Positions 38,380 to 51,259 of a stretch of DNA of 64,000 bases are shown piece after piece. The notes beneath the pieces were generated by a model, which made no database searches, was not told where the DNA came from, and worked only from the letters and a program-made list of their open reading frames with translations. Source of the stretch: Eledone cirrhosa (taxonomy: Eukaryota); NCBI GenBank assembly GCA_964016885.1, contig OZ024746.1, positions 16,058,001 through 16,122,000 on the forward strand, in the 5' to 3' direction. Made by a program: the position numbers and the translations under genes. How positions within the stretch are numbered: the stretch's first letter is position 1; every line of letters starts with the position of its first letter.

Positions 38380-38694
38380 ACGAAGGAAATGTGGTAAGGA
38401 ACCAGATGGACTATAACACACCAAAGTACTCAATACTTAGGGTAGTAGAGTAGGTAATAGGAATGAGTAGGACCCCAGAATTAGCTGTCAAAACGGCTTG
38501 AGCTCAGCCGTCGGGGTCCTACTCGTTCCTATATATATATATAATATAGAAATGGCTTCTACAGGACTAGAACTGTTTCATTCGGGAGAAATCAGTTCTA
38601 GTTCTGTAGAAGCCATTTCTCTATTAAATATTTATACTCTGCTTTGTATTGAATACCTTACTTACTGTGGTTACTCTCGATTGAACCAGAGATA

Positions 38695-38698
<4 letters not shown>
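38380..38698. mobile_element. Two adjacent fold-back PLE-like fragments separated by (TA)n
   Basis: 20-bp arms at 38457-38476/38513-38532 and 28-bp arms at 38548-38575/38593-38620. Both carry a downstream TTGARTAC-like motif as in the hammerhead-bearing elements. Confidence 0.6.
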
Positions 38699-38747
<49 letters not shown>

Positions 38748-38749
<2 letters not shown>

Positions 38750-38992
38750 GATATTAAACAAATGGAAACTATATTTATAAAACCATATTTATTTCGTTAT
38801 ATATATTTCTGGGATATCATATTAAAAATATGTTATGCCTTCCTCAGACAAAATACAATATGTATTGATTTTATAAATATAGTTTCCATTTGTTTAATAT
38901 CGTAAACCTACTCCAGAAACTGTTGAGTGCTTTTATATCAGTTATAAAATATTTACCCGTTGTAACCCAACAATCTTAAATAAAACTTTTGC
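38748..38992. mobile_element. Fold-back PLE-like element, family P2
   Basis: 35-bp perfect arms at 38748-38782/38869-38903; homologous to 25120-25322 and 20576-20720; flanked by (TA)n. Confidence 0.8.
38790..38855 (-). ncRNA. Type-I hammerhead ribozyme motif (diverged stem II)
   Basis: UAUUUUGU-CUGAGGA-AGGCAUAACAUAUUUUUAAUAUGAUAUCCCA-GAAA-UAUAUA-UA-ACGAAAUA. Stem I is fully paired, with an A-U to G-C compensatory change versus 25165-25225; stem II has an A-A mismatch at its base. Confidence 0.75.
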
Positions 38993-39042
38993 ATATATAT
39001 ATATATATATATGTATGTATATATATATATGTATGTATACAT

Positions 39043-39368
39043 GGAGGCATGTGGCTTAGTGGTTAGAGCATTGGCCTTGCAATCGAAAGGTTGTGAGTTC
39101 AATTCTCAGACTGGGTGATGTGTTGTTTCCTTGAGCAAGACACTTTATTTCACATTGCTCCAGTTTACTCAGCTGTAGAAATGAGATGATAGGGACTGGG
39201 GTCCATATCATTCCACTGCAAAGTGATCGTGGAGGTGCCACGGCAAAAAAGCCCCCAGCACTCACTGTAAATGAGGTTGGTGTTAGGAAGGGCATCCAGC
39301 TGTAGAAATCAAGCCAGAATCAGTTCCCGTCCCACCCTTGCAAGTGGACGTAAAATGAAATGATGATA
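39043..39368 (+). mobile_element. tRNA-derived SINE, family A, copy 3
   Basis: Same A/B boxes and body as 3371; tail CCCGTCCCACCCTTGCAAG. Confidence 0.9.
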
Positions 39369-39599
39369 CATACAATGTGGAGTAGAGTGGGGTTTGATAA
39401 AATACATAGCTGTGATACTCTGTGTATTGTTCTCCAACTGGACTACTTTAGCCACTCTTTTATAAAATGTTTTGTTTCATAAAATAACAACTATCTTTGC
39501 ATGTTAGCTGTTGTCTAATGAATGTTGACTTGCTGTAAATTTCACTGAACTGAGTTCTTCCTTTTGGATGGTCATCTTTCAGTTTCATGTGGTCCTTAT

Positions 39600-40016
39600 A
39601 TACTACTACTACTATTACTGCTACTACTACCACTACTACTACTACTACTACCACCACCGCCACTACTACAACTATTACTACCATCACTACTACCACCACC
39701 ACTACTACTACCACTGAAGTGGTGGTGGTGGTAGTAGTAGTAGTAACAGTAGCTGTTGTTATAAAGACAGCAGAATTGATATTTTACTATTGATTTTAAT
39801 GTTCAATACTGCAGTCAGTTATTGAACTGTTCGCACTGTGTGTGTTTTACATTGTATACATCCCACTCCACAACAACAACAACAACAAACACCTTTAAAA
39901 GTCTCTAAAGTAATAACAACACATGTCCTCTTCCTCCTTTATGTTTGACTCAATGTGGTGTCTAGTGATTCTGTGACTAAGTAGTGGTGGTGGTTGTGGT
40001 AGTGGTATTGGTTGTG

Positions 40017-40052
<36 letters not shown>

Positions 40053-40300
40053 CTAGTAGTGGGGGGGGTAGTAGTAGCAGCAGTAGTGGTGGTAGTAGTA
40101 GTAGTAGTAGTGGGGGTGGGGGTGGTAGTAGTAGTGGGGGTGGGGTGGTAGTAGTAGCAGTGGGGGGTAGTAGTAGTAGTAGTGGGGTGGGGGTGGTAGT
40201 AGTAGTAGTAGTGGGGGGAGTAGTAGTAGTAGTGGGGTGGGGGTAGTAGTAGTAGTGGGGTGGGGGTGGTAGTAGTAGTGGTAGCAGTAGTAACAATAGT
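39600..40300. repeat. (ACT/ACC)n and (AGT/GGT)n trinucleotide tracts, the latter G-rich
   Basis: Directly visible; source of the poly-T/V/P pseudo-ORFs. Confidence 0.9.
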
Positions 40301-42694
40301 AGCTTTTAACTGCTGCTGCCCTCTAGCCATCTACCAAACTACCAAATATCATCTTTTATTTATGTGAGTGATAGCTGTAGTAGTAGTTTAGTTATAGATG
40401 AAAGCATGGCCATGTGGTTCAGGATTTCACTTCACAACCATGTGCTTAAGGAAATATCTTATATACTAATATTTCCAACAAATTTAGTATTTTGTAAGAT
40501 TTAGTCAATCCTATCAACCCCAGTACTTCAAGGTTGATATTTACTTTATTGATCTCTTTTTGTCAAACTGCTAAGTCATAGAACATAAACAGATATTAAA
40601 TATAAAGTCAGCTTCACACACACACAAACTAACACACAGGGAAACACACACACACACTCTCTCTCTCTCTCTCATACACAAACATATATATGGCAAGCCT
40701 CCACAGTTTTCACCTACCAAATCTCACAAGGATTTGGTTAAAGCCAAGGCTGGTATTTGCCTAAATGTCACTTTTTTTTTTATTGACCTCTGCTCTGTAA
40801 AATACTCTAAATATCTGTTACCCCACTAACTCTGTCCTTCTCACACCTGTTAACTCATCAACATTGTCCCTCTCATCACTCCTGTTAACTCATCAACTTT
40901 GTCCCTCTCATCACACCTGTTAACCCACCAACATTGTCCTCCTCATCTCATTATCCATACTGTATGTGGTGCAAGTGTTGGAACAGTGGACAGGGCTCTG
41001 GTTTAGTTTCTATTAGCTCCATCACAACTTATCCTCACAAGTCAGCTTCTATGTAGACACCCAACTTACTAGAAATAACAGACAATTTCCCTTCATATTG
41101 TACCCTACCATCTTGTAAAAAGGATACATTAGATAATGTCCTAGATACTTTCTTCCAGAAAATAAAATGGAGTGGTCACAGCTGGAATGTAATTGGTCAC
41201 AGATCTGCTTGATCAAGGCAGACTTGGGACTAAATAACAACAACAACAACAATAACTGTCTTCACAATCAACAGAGGCCTCTCAGCATAGGCTTTCAACC
41301 GATGAGAAATAACTACATTTCCCTCAAATCACACCTTGCTGTTTTAAAATAGGAGGACACATTTGGACAATATATTCTCGTAAATATAACAGAAAATAAT
41401 AGGATGGTCATGGCTGAAATGTCATTGGTCATTGGTCTGCTTGACCTGGGCTAAACAACTACGAAATGCAATAAGTTATTGCAATAATATATCCAGGGCT
41501 TTCTCACTCCTGTTGCAGGACCTCCTCCTTCCATCACTGGTTGACTTCCACCACTTTCTGTTTGGTTTTGATTATATCAGGGCTGTAGCTGTACTCACCA
41601 CGCCTGACCAATTGTGGGTTGGTAAAGCTATAGTTGGGGGTGGATGGCTGTTGATTCTGAGAAGTTCATTCGTTCTTGTTTTTGTGCTGCTGGGGTTCCA
41701 GCATACACTAATAAACTACGAATAATAATTCTTTATATTTTACAGTAGAAGACAGCAACAACAAGCAACATTGTCTTTAATTAGTTTAATCATGGAATGT
41801 AATTAAGCTATGAATAATAAATAGATTTCTACTTGATGTTGAAAGATAAATGAGTTGCCGTCTTGTACTGTTAAGTAGCTTTCATTATTAAACTGTGTAA
41901 TGTTGTAAAGAAGGACATTTTATGTGACAAGGTGTGTAGCTTAATGTTTAGAGTGTTGGGTTCATAATGATAAGGGTGTGGGTTCAATTTCCAGAACAGA
42001 TGACAATCAGTACCAGTGACAGCTGGGCTGTTGATTCTGCAATGGGCCAATACTCCATGTAGTGGTGAGTCTTATAAGTGTCAGTTGTTTAACTCATATC
42101 AGACTGGGATAGACTCCAGCTTATATTTAACCCATGCAAACATGGGAAAACACCAATGAAACTGGAATAAACCCCAGGTTTCATTTAGCCCATAAAATCA
42201 TGGGAAAACAAACATAAAACTTTAACTCTAACATAACTGCCATATAAAAAAAAAGCGATAAAGATCCCATAACTCCTTGTGGAGTCATAGAGGCACTGTC
42301 ATATGGTGTCTAGGGCACTTTTAAACCTGGCAAAGCCCAATCCTCTCCAGGTCTGAACACAGCCGATTTTTTTCTATGGGGGAAAAAGTCGACCCCAGTA
42401 CTAAAAAACAATTACAATGTGGCAACATTGGACCAACTTTTCCTATGTTTATATACATCTCTCATCTGTTAATACAACACTTGTTTCCCCATTTATTTAA
42501 TGTAGTGTGTGGTGTAGTGTAGTGCAGGTGTGTGGTGTGAGTGTAGTGTGTGATGTGTTATGTGTGGTGTGAAGTGTGTAATGCCTACTCTGGTGTATGT
42601 TATCTACTGTGTAGTGTGTGGTGTATGGTACCTACTACCTGTAGTGTAGTGTGTGCTGTATGATTACTGTTATGTAACACTGATATTTCTTTCC

Positions 42695-42727
42695 ACTGTT
42701 CTAACTTTATATTTTCTCTATTTGCAG
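42695..42727 (+). other. Splice acceptor of the zinc-finger coding exon
   Basis: Branch-like CTAAC (~42701), pyrimidine tract ttttctctattt, GCAG ending at 42727. Confidence 0.7.
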
Positions 42728-42773
42728 TCCTGGGTTTCTTACCAGTCTGGCTGTGATTTCTCCTCCTGGAAAG

Positions 42774-44429
42774 ATGGCTGGCCAACTAAAATTAAACAAA
42801 CTCATCTATGATGCCGTCATAAAGCTGTGCTGTGAGCAGTTAGATTCAGAGCATAGTAGCCGCCTTGAAATTGATGGTATCATCTGTATTGCTACTGAGG
42901 AACCCGACAATCAGATTGTTGTAAAGATCCACGAGAAACTAAGAAATGTGAGCATTAGTAGCAGTTCAAAGAACAATTGTCCAAAGTCATCAGTACATAC
43001 TGTAAGACATAATGAAAACTTTAATCACTGCCAAGCTCAGTCTAGCCAGGAGAACGGGCATGATCCAAGCTATGCAATGAGCAATGGCATTGATGGATCT
43101 GTTCCCTTAAATGCCAACCAAAGACAACTTTGCTATGGGAATGAATCTGCTCAAGAAATCTCTTCCGTCCTTGACATGCCTGGGGTTAAGGATGAAAACT
43201 GCCGCATTGTTGCAAAGAATAACTTACATTTGCAGAATTCTTATGGAGCGACTGCTTTCCCCGACACATTTGAGTCTGAAAGTAGGATGCGACTCCAAAG
43301 TGAGACTTCAATGAGACTTCAAAGTAGCAGCTCTCAGTTTTCATCAGGATCTGCATTAATACCTAGCTTTCATTCAGCTCATGCTGCATCAGCAGCATCA
43401 GCATCAGGTGAGGGTTCAATCTTGGGAAAGTTACTAACTAGTTCGAAACGGAACAAAATCCGTTCCTCCGTTTTGCAATCGCAGAGAGGACGATTTACAA
43501 AATGTATGATGTGTAGTGCTATGTTCCGAAGCCATAGCCATCTACGCAATCACCTACGTTCAGGATTTTGTGGGAAACAGCAAATCCAATCCGAAGCTAG
43601 TCGGGTTATGAATGTTTTTGCAAGTCATCATGAAACTACAGAGAATATGCAGATGAAAAACTCCCCGCAGAACGAAACTGCTTTATCCTCCGTCTCAGAG
43701 ACTTCTCTAAAAGCAGATGGTTCTGCAACCTCAAATGATATGTCCTCTGAACAACAAAGCCCAAATTTTCAAGTTGTTATCAAACCAGAGCCACCAGATA
43801 ATGGCTATGAAAATAACCAAAACATGAACGGTCAATCCGACATGAATTTAGAAGGTGTTGATTTAAGTCAGCATGCTGATAGTTTGCCAAATAGCTCACT
43901 TATTCAGCAAAGCCAGTCTTCTTCTGTCCTTACTTTTCCCCCGTTAGACTCAACCTCTTCAAATTTAGAAGTACAGTCCAGTGGTACTGTAAAGTCAACA
44001 TACGAGGTAACCCTTCAGCGAGCTGCTTCTAAGTTTTCTATGTCATCACAGCTGTTTGGCTCTGCATTGTCACGGAAAGTCAGAGCTTCAGCCAGTCAGC
44101 ATAATTGCAACCAAATTAGCCAAATTAGCCAAATTAACCAAAAACCAAATTTCAACGAAAAAGGGCACTTTCAGTGCAGTTTCTGTGCATTTGAAGTTCA
44201 GAACTGGGGCATCTTCGAAGCTCATAGCCAGCGTGAGCATAACCGATCATTGTGTAAGGTGTGTGGGGCAGCATTTACATTTCGAACAAATAAAAACCGA
44301 CACGAAAAGACTTGTGCAGGCCTTGTTCTATTTACGTGTGAAATCTGTGGCAAGAACTGCAAGCGATCAGATGCACTTCGATTGCACAAAATTAAGGCTC
44401 ACCCTTGGCGATTTGAGTTCACCACATAA
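42774..44429 (+). CDS. C2H2/C2HC zinc-finger transcription factor (551 aa from ATG; may be extended by an upstream exon)
   Basis: Non-repetitive long ORF with a strong ATG context (aagATGG). Fingers: CMMC-x12-H-x5-C, CSFC-x12-H-x4-H, CKVC-x12-H-x3-C and CEIC-x12-H-x4-H. It also has a Ser/Gln-rich linker, a VIKPE SUMO-type motif and LGKLL. Confidence 0.93.
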   Translation: MAGQLKLNKLIYDAVIKLCCEQLDSEHSSRLEIDGIICIATEEPDNQIVVKIHEKLRNVSISSSSKNNCPKSSVHTVRHNENFNHCQAQSSQENGHDPSYAMSNGIDGSVPLNANQRQLCYGNESAQEISSVLDMPGVKDENCRIVAKNNLHLQNSYGATAFPDTFESESRMRLQSETSMRLQSSSSQFSSGSALIPSFHSAHAASAASASGEGSILGKLLTSSKRNKIRSSVLQSQRGRFTKCMMCSAMFRSHSHLRNHLRSGFCGKQQIQSEASRVMNVFASHHETTENMQMKNSPQNETALSSVSETSLKADGSATSNDMSSEQQSPNFQVVIKPEPPDNGYENNQNMNGQSDMNLEGVDLSQHADSLPNSSLIQQSQSSSVLTFPPLDSTSSNLEVQSSGTVKSTYEVTLQRAASKFSMSSQLFGSALSRKVRASASQHNCNQISQISQINQKPNFNEKGHFQCSFCAFEVQNWGIFEAHSQREHNRSLCKVCGAAFTFRTNKNRHEKTCAGLVLFTCEICGKNCKRSDALRLHKIKAHPWRFEFTT

Positions 44430-44699
44430 GGTGTGGTTGTTTCATTTGGTTGCTGTTGGAATGCTACTGCTATCAGTGATTCTTGAAGAATACTGACCAG
44501 AATAGTTGTCCACTTCATGCTCCAGCCAATTCTAGTGATTTCACATGATTATTTCAGATTATAAGTAGAATTTCAGATAGAAGCTAAAGAATACTTAACT
44601 TTCTGCTCCTTGTTTTTTTTTAATCTATTTATTTTACAAGAAAAGAGATAAAAGTTTATATTAACTCTCCATCTCCCTCTAACTTTGAATCTCTCTTCT

Positions 44700-44823
<124 letters not shown>

Positions 44824-46286
44824 AGCATGATGTCATCTAGGAAATGTCTTCTACATAGTTTCTTTTGGGGCTTTTTTTTTGTATTTTGTCCATAAGGGGA
44901 GTCAAGCCATCCTCAACAAAATGGAGATTTACATAATCATGTTTTTTTTTTTTATTTTAAACAGGAAGAAGAAAAAAAACTCTCCCCCTATTAAAAATGA
45001 TTCCCTGTTTTGTTTTCTTTTTGTTTTCTCTCTAGTGTCTATAAAAATTAAAAGCCCTGTGAATATCTGCTAATTTATCTGATATATCTATTACAAACCT
45101 TTCATGCTAGTTGGCACATGAATACGGAAAAATCAAATCTTTTGTGTAACTTTTAACTTTGGTATACTTTTTCAGCTTTCAGAAATAATTTTTCTTTTGT
45201 TTTTTTTTTTTCTCAGAAAATTTGAGAATTGTGTTTGTATTTTTTTTTTTTTTTTTTTTTTCATAAGGTTCAAAATATTAAAAAGAGAAAAAAAATGCCA
45301 TAATTTTTACAGAATTATACAGTTTACTTACCCAAGAATAATTCTTGTTGAACTTTTATCTCCAAATCCATTACACAACTTTTTTTTTTTTCCTGGAAAG
45401 AGAAGCCACCATTTTGAAGATAACTTGTGTAAATCTTGATACATTCAGTCTTTCTTGCTTTCTTTCTATCTCTTATTTGTTTTCAATACTGTTTCTGTTA
45501 GATTTTCCTGCTTAAAATCTACACAATTATTATATACAAGAAGTATTATTGCCTGCTCTTACAACTATACTTCTTCAACTAACTGGTTCAGTTGCCAGTG
45601 TAATATTTTACAGTCTGTGATCTGGAAGTGTCTGGTTCAGGTACCCAACTGCCATTTCAAAACAAGTCCATAAAAAACCCTTATCCCATACATATTAAGG
45701 CCGTCCTTAGATTTTCCCTCTACTTTCTGTTACAGTATGCTGTTTTATTTCATCATATTTTTTGTTTCCTTTTGTTTCTTTATCACTTCATTTACAAATA
45801 GTTTTCTTATCATTGTGTGTGGTCTTTTGTGCTGCTGTATTTAGATTTCAATTTAAACATCCATTTACTAAATCCTGGCTGCTAAACAAAAAAACGGTTC
45901 CTCTTAGAAGATATTCTACAAAACAAGCTTCCACTTGACAGTTATATATCACTGGGTCAGGCAAATCTAGATAAAATTATCTGCTGAAGTGTTACTTACT
46001 ATTCTATTTATTCAAAGACAATAGAGTGTATAAAGCAGACAATCTAATTTACTTTACAGTAAAATACTGATTTCCCTTTACACACAATATAACTGCCCTT
46101 TCTTCTTTTCTTTTGTCAGTGGTGCCCCCCCCCCCCCCCTTTTTTTTTTTTGTCTTCTCTAAAATTTTGGTTTCAGCATTAGTTCATTAATTAAATGTGG
46201 AATTTGATGAAAAGGCAAAGTATTTTACTTACAGAAATAATGTGTGGTTATATGTAACACACACACTCACACACATACGCACACGC

Positions 46287-46332
<46 letters not shown>

Positions 46333-48911
46333 ACACGCACACACACACACACACACATATAGTGTCCAGCTTACACAAAATGTGTGTGATTATATGTAGC
46401 ACACACACACACTCACATGTATACACATACACACACACACATATATATAGTGTCCAGTTTACACATAATATGTGTGATTATATGTAACATACACATAGAC
46501 ATGTATATAAATATATATAGTGTTCAGTAAATGCTGCAGAGAAAGAGGTAAGTAACTTACAAGGCAAATCTACAAGAAAACTTCAATTCTTGCTAAAATA
46601 TATTTGACTTCACCATGCACAATACTCCCCTTAGAAAACCATGAATGTTAAAACATTTCATTTGCCTCCCTTTCCTGACCTAAAAATCTAAGGTCTTGTG
46701 CTTAGTCATACTAGTGTTCAATACAGCCATTTACAACAACAGCAACAAATATCTATTTTTCATTTAGTAGAACTTTCAATACAATATTTTAGATTTTAAT
46801 TTCAACATTAGAGACAATTATTAATTCAGAATCTGGTTTTAAATAGTAAACTAAAACCGAATGCTAGTGATAATTTGTTTAAAATCTCAACTAGCTTCTA
46901 CTAATTCATCTATTTAACTAAAAGAACTAAAGATAGAGGCAGCATGAAGAATTTGGTGAAATCAAAACAAAAGAAGTTGTTTGATCTGCATGGATTCTTT
47001 TTCAGGCTGACCTTATTTTATATCTGTTTGTTGATAAACTTTGTTGAAATTAAGTTTACTTTTCTACTCTGCCAAAAACACTTCACATAATTCTGACTTT
47101 CCCCTCTTCAGTGTTGGCTAGTTCTTTGCTGACCTTGTGAAAGTAAGAAAACTAATGCAGTAAAACAGTTTCTTGGTCCAGATATCTGCTTACCATTTTA
47201 TGGATATCATTTACAAACCCCTAAATTTCACATTAATATTTTCTATGATAAAGGACATCTTTTTAAAATAAATAAATAAATAAATATATATATATATATC
47301 AATAAAAAAATTAAACTAATAAAGATATAATTCTTAAAGGCTTTTTTTTATTTTTCAATTAAAAAATCTTTTGTTTGTTTTTTTTTATTTTTGTTCATTT
47401 TTTTTTTTTTTTTACGATTTTGTTATTTTGTGTTTATTTTATTTTCTGTTTTCAATTATTTTCATTCATCATTAAATACATCAACACTAAACAGCTATTT
47501 AAGTCATTTACTTACTTTAAAAGTACCATTTATATTGTAAATAAATACCAAAAGAAGTCCCAAACATAGATTTGCAAAGCATGCTCATCTCATTTCTAGA
47601 TTTTGATCTCTGAAAGATTCAATAAGTTAATATTGAGTGGTTCAACAGCATAAGAGACCCATTGATACATGATTGATGATCACTTTCTATCTAATATAGA
47701 CTTCTGGTTGAAAGTTTCTAAGTCTAAGAACCATATTTTATCATGCAGAATGTAACAAACATAACCATAACAGTACATAGTGGTGTGATGGTGTTCACAC
47801 ATGCTGGACACTATTCTTTTAGAGAATGAAAATGACAGTAAGCACCATAATATTAACACTGCTAACAATCTTAAAGATTGAATTATATCTAATTAACCAT
47901 ATCATTAGGTTTATGATTTTCTTGTATGTTTTCTCACTATTTTTTTTGTTATATATTAAAATCAGCCAACAAGACTCGCATAAAATATGTAGTGAAAATA
48001 AATATCAGGAAATTCGGAAAGAAAGATATTTTTATTGCCTAGAAAAAAATTTTTTTTTTCCTGATTTAACCTTTATTGTCCTGTACAACATGAAACCACA
48101 TTACCAAGATATTGTTTAAAAGTATAAAACAGCATTATAACAGCATCACATTAAATATTAAAATGTTTACTCTAATACTGCAAGTTTTCACAGCAATTTA
48201 CATACTAGCAAAGATACTATAAACATTAGAATGAACATGTTTTTTTTTTAGATATTTTCTGCTAAATAATTAGGGTGTTGAAAGTTAAGTTTTAGCTGCA
48301 AGTATAAATCAAAAGATTGACGCTAACATCTATAAAATTATGTCTCCTCTTTTGTTCCATATTTTTCAGTGTTTCCATACTTTACATTCTTCTTTTTTAC
48401 ATATTTGATTTCAACTGATTCTTCAACTTATTGGTTACATAGTATATGTTTCCCTCCAATGACAATCTCACAAAAACTTTACTTAAAACATTATTTCTGT
48501 ATACCTTTACAGAGAGTCCAGGAATGATGTTAGGTATTTATAGACTATTAACAATCGGTTTAGTTTTGCATAAGGAAACTACTAGTCCAAATGACATTTG
48601 CAGTTTATTAGACATCGTGTGAGTGTGTGTGTGTGTGTATATATATATATACACACACACAGTTGACGTGGGAAAATGGTGCACCTCTGATAACGTTTTT
48701 CCATCTCTAAGGGTACCTTACCCAATTTTCTCAACTGTTATTTGTAATGATTAACTATTATTGTGGTCACATGTGTTGAGACGCACACATTTCATATATA
48801 TATTTGATATATGTTTATACATGTATGAATGCGTATATATTATACACACACATTATTAATCTATGAAATGTGTTAGGGTGTTTTTAAAAGAAAGAGGTTA
48901 TGTAAATGTTT

Positions 48912-49005
<94 letters not shown>

Positions 49006-49121
49006 CAGGGTGGCCAAACTGCGTCACTAGTCCATTTAAAACTATAACCTTTTTACAATTAGTTTTTTTCAAAATGGTTTATTATATTTTGAAATAGTCT
49101 AATGATTTTTGAGCCACCCTC
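49006..49121. mobile_element. Tc1/mariner-type MITE remnant
   Basis: TA-CAGGGTGGC ... GCCACCCT ends. Confidence 0.6.
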
Positions 49122-50504
49122 TATCTATCTCTCTCTCTATATATATATGTGTGTGTGTGTGTGTATTCTTTTGGTTTTATTATTTTATTATATAAATATT
49201 TTCACCAATAGAGAGAGAGCATGTTTTTAACAAACACTCTATCTTTGGAATTTGACAACATCAATTAAGTAAATGTGTGTGTGTGCAGGTTGGATCCTAT
49301 TCTATGTTTCTGTATCTATACATGTGTATATGCAGTTATTACATACTGAATTTTTGAAATGTTTTACATAATTTTAGTTCCATTAATGGACTACTTGTAA
49401 TTTCATAACTAGTCGTTCTCTGGTTCTGTGAAGCTCAGCTTCTAGAGGTATGTGTATGTATATATGTATATTATATACAATATTATGGGACACAGGATGT
49501 TGCAGGGCTGAGCCCCAGAATCTTATGCTGGATCATGACAGGAAGTAATATGAACAACCTAGTCAAATCTGATAATATATATATTTCTATGTATGTGAAT
49601 ATATAAATATATCACATATATAACATACTCTGTATATTATGTTTTATATATTACGATTTGTATATATCCTGTGATTATACATATACATATTTATGTGCAC
49701 TTATATATATATATATATATAAGAAAGAGAGAGAGTATATTTATATTTTATTCCTATAATTATATGCATTATACATACATGTGTATGTTGTGTTCTACAT
49801 ATACGTGTTCATGTATTATACATACATGTGCATATGTATTATACATTGATCTTTATTGATACTATATATATATATATTTGCATTATATGTTAATACAGAT
49901 ATTATATGTGGATATACATTATGCATATTTTTCTGTCTCTCTTCATATACATGAGTGGGGTGGGTTTTTTCTGTTTGATATTTATAGGTAGATATATGTG
50001 TGGTGTGGTACGGGGTATACATAGCCTCTTTTTATCTGAATGCTCCCAACAAAATTCATACATTTTAACATAATATTGTTTAGGAAAATAAAAGGCAATT
50101 TATTTATTTTATAATGAATAGCAAAGAGTATCATCTACTCACTAATAGATAATTTTTACTAAAATATTCTTCAACATTAGCATTTATGCACCATTGTAGA
50201 GAGTGGAGGTGTATACAGTATGTTTATGTATAATAAATTCACAAGTGATGCTGTTAGGATTTTAAACTATGATAATACTACAGCTGCCTCAGTAATCCAT
50301 GCAAGAGCATTGTATATGTATTTCATGGTTATTATCATTCATCAGTAATGCTTATTTACTAATGTATACTGTGGTGTTGAAGTTTATAACTTCATGTAGA
50401 TTTTATAGATGACTCATTTACATATAGGTTAATAATAATGATAAACAGTAGCACTAACACTGTCGTTTTAAAGGATTTCTTCATTCTGTGAAGGACCACA
50501 CTTT

Positions 50505-50767
50505 AACTTTTTTGTTAGCATATTTCTAATGAAACACATTGCCTATATATTTCAAAATAATCAAGAATTTAAAAAAATTACTAGCTTCTTTGTTATTTAG
50601 CAAATTTTCAGAACATTATTTAAGAAAAAAGTTTTTACATAAAATTATGACGAACGGTTTTTTTTTTTTTTTTTTCAAAATATCAGTATGCACACTTTAA
50701 AAGGAGCAGTTTTGTATCATAAAAAAACAGAAGCTGTTTTCAGGCAGGTTTGAATCAAAGGGGTTAA
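50505..50767. mobile_element. Degenerate piggyBac-like MITE
   Basis: ttaaCTTTTT...catatttctaatgaaacac ... aatcaaaGGGGttaa. Confidence 0.55.
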
Positions 50768-51226
50768 TGTAACCCTTTATCTCTTCCCAAATTCACTCTT
50801 TTGACTGAGTATTTTAGATTTTCTGATCAAATTCTTGCACACAAAAATAAATAAAGGGAAACCAAGGAGGAAAATACTGCTAGGTTGTTATCAGTTGATG
50901 CCAAATATTGGAAACATTTCATTTTCCATTTGCCTAAGTTCAATACCACAATATCAATATATATATATATATATACACACACCACACACCACACACACAC
51001 ACACATTTGTCTGGAACTTTAGAAATGTTGTCTTCTGTAGTATTACAGCTGTTTAAATAATCTGCATGGTTAAGAAATTTTCTATTTATTTCTTACCGAC
51101 TTTAAGCCAACATTTTCTTCTTTGTGCATGCCTGGATACATTTCTATAAATGTGTTTACATCTGTAATAGATATATTTATGTCTATGGATATATCTGTGT
51201 ATATATCTTTAAATATACATACGAAC

Positions 51227-51259
<33 letters not shown>

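Noticed and set aside
43111-44496. Alternate-frame ORFs 43111-43314 and 44056-44496
   Set aside because: They overlap the zinc-finger CDS out of frame and have no recognisable features.
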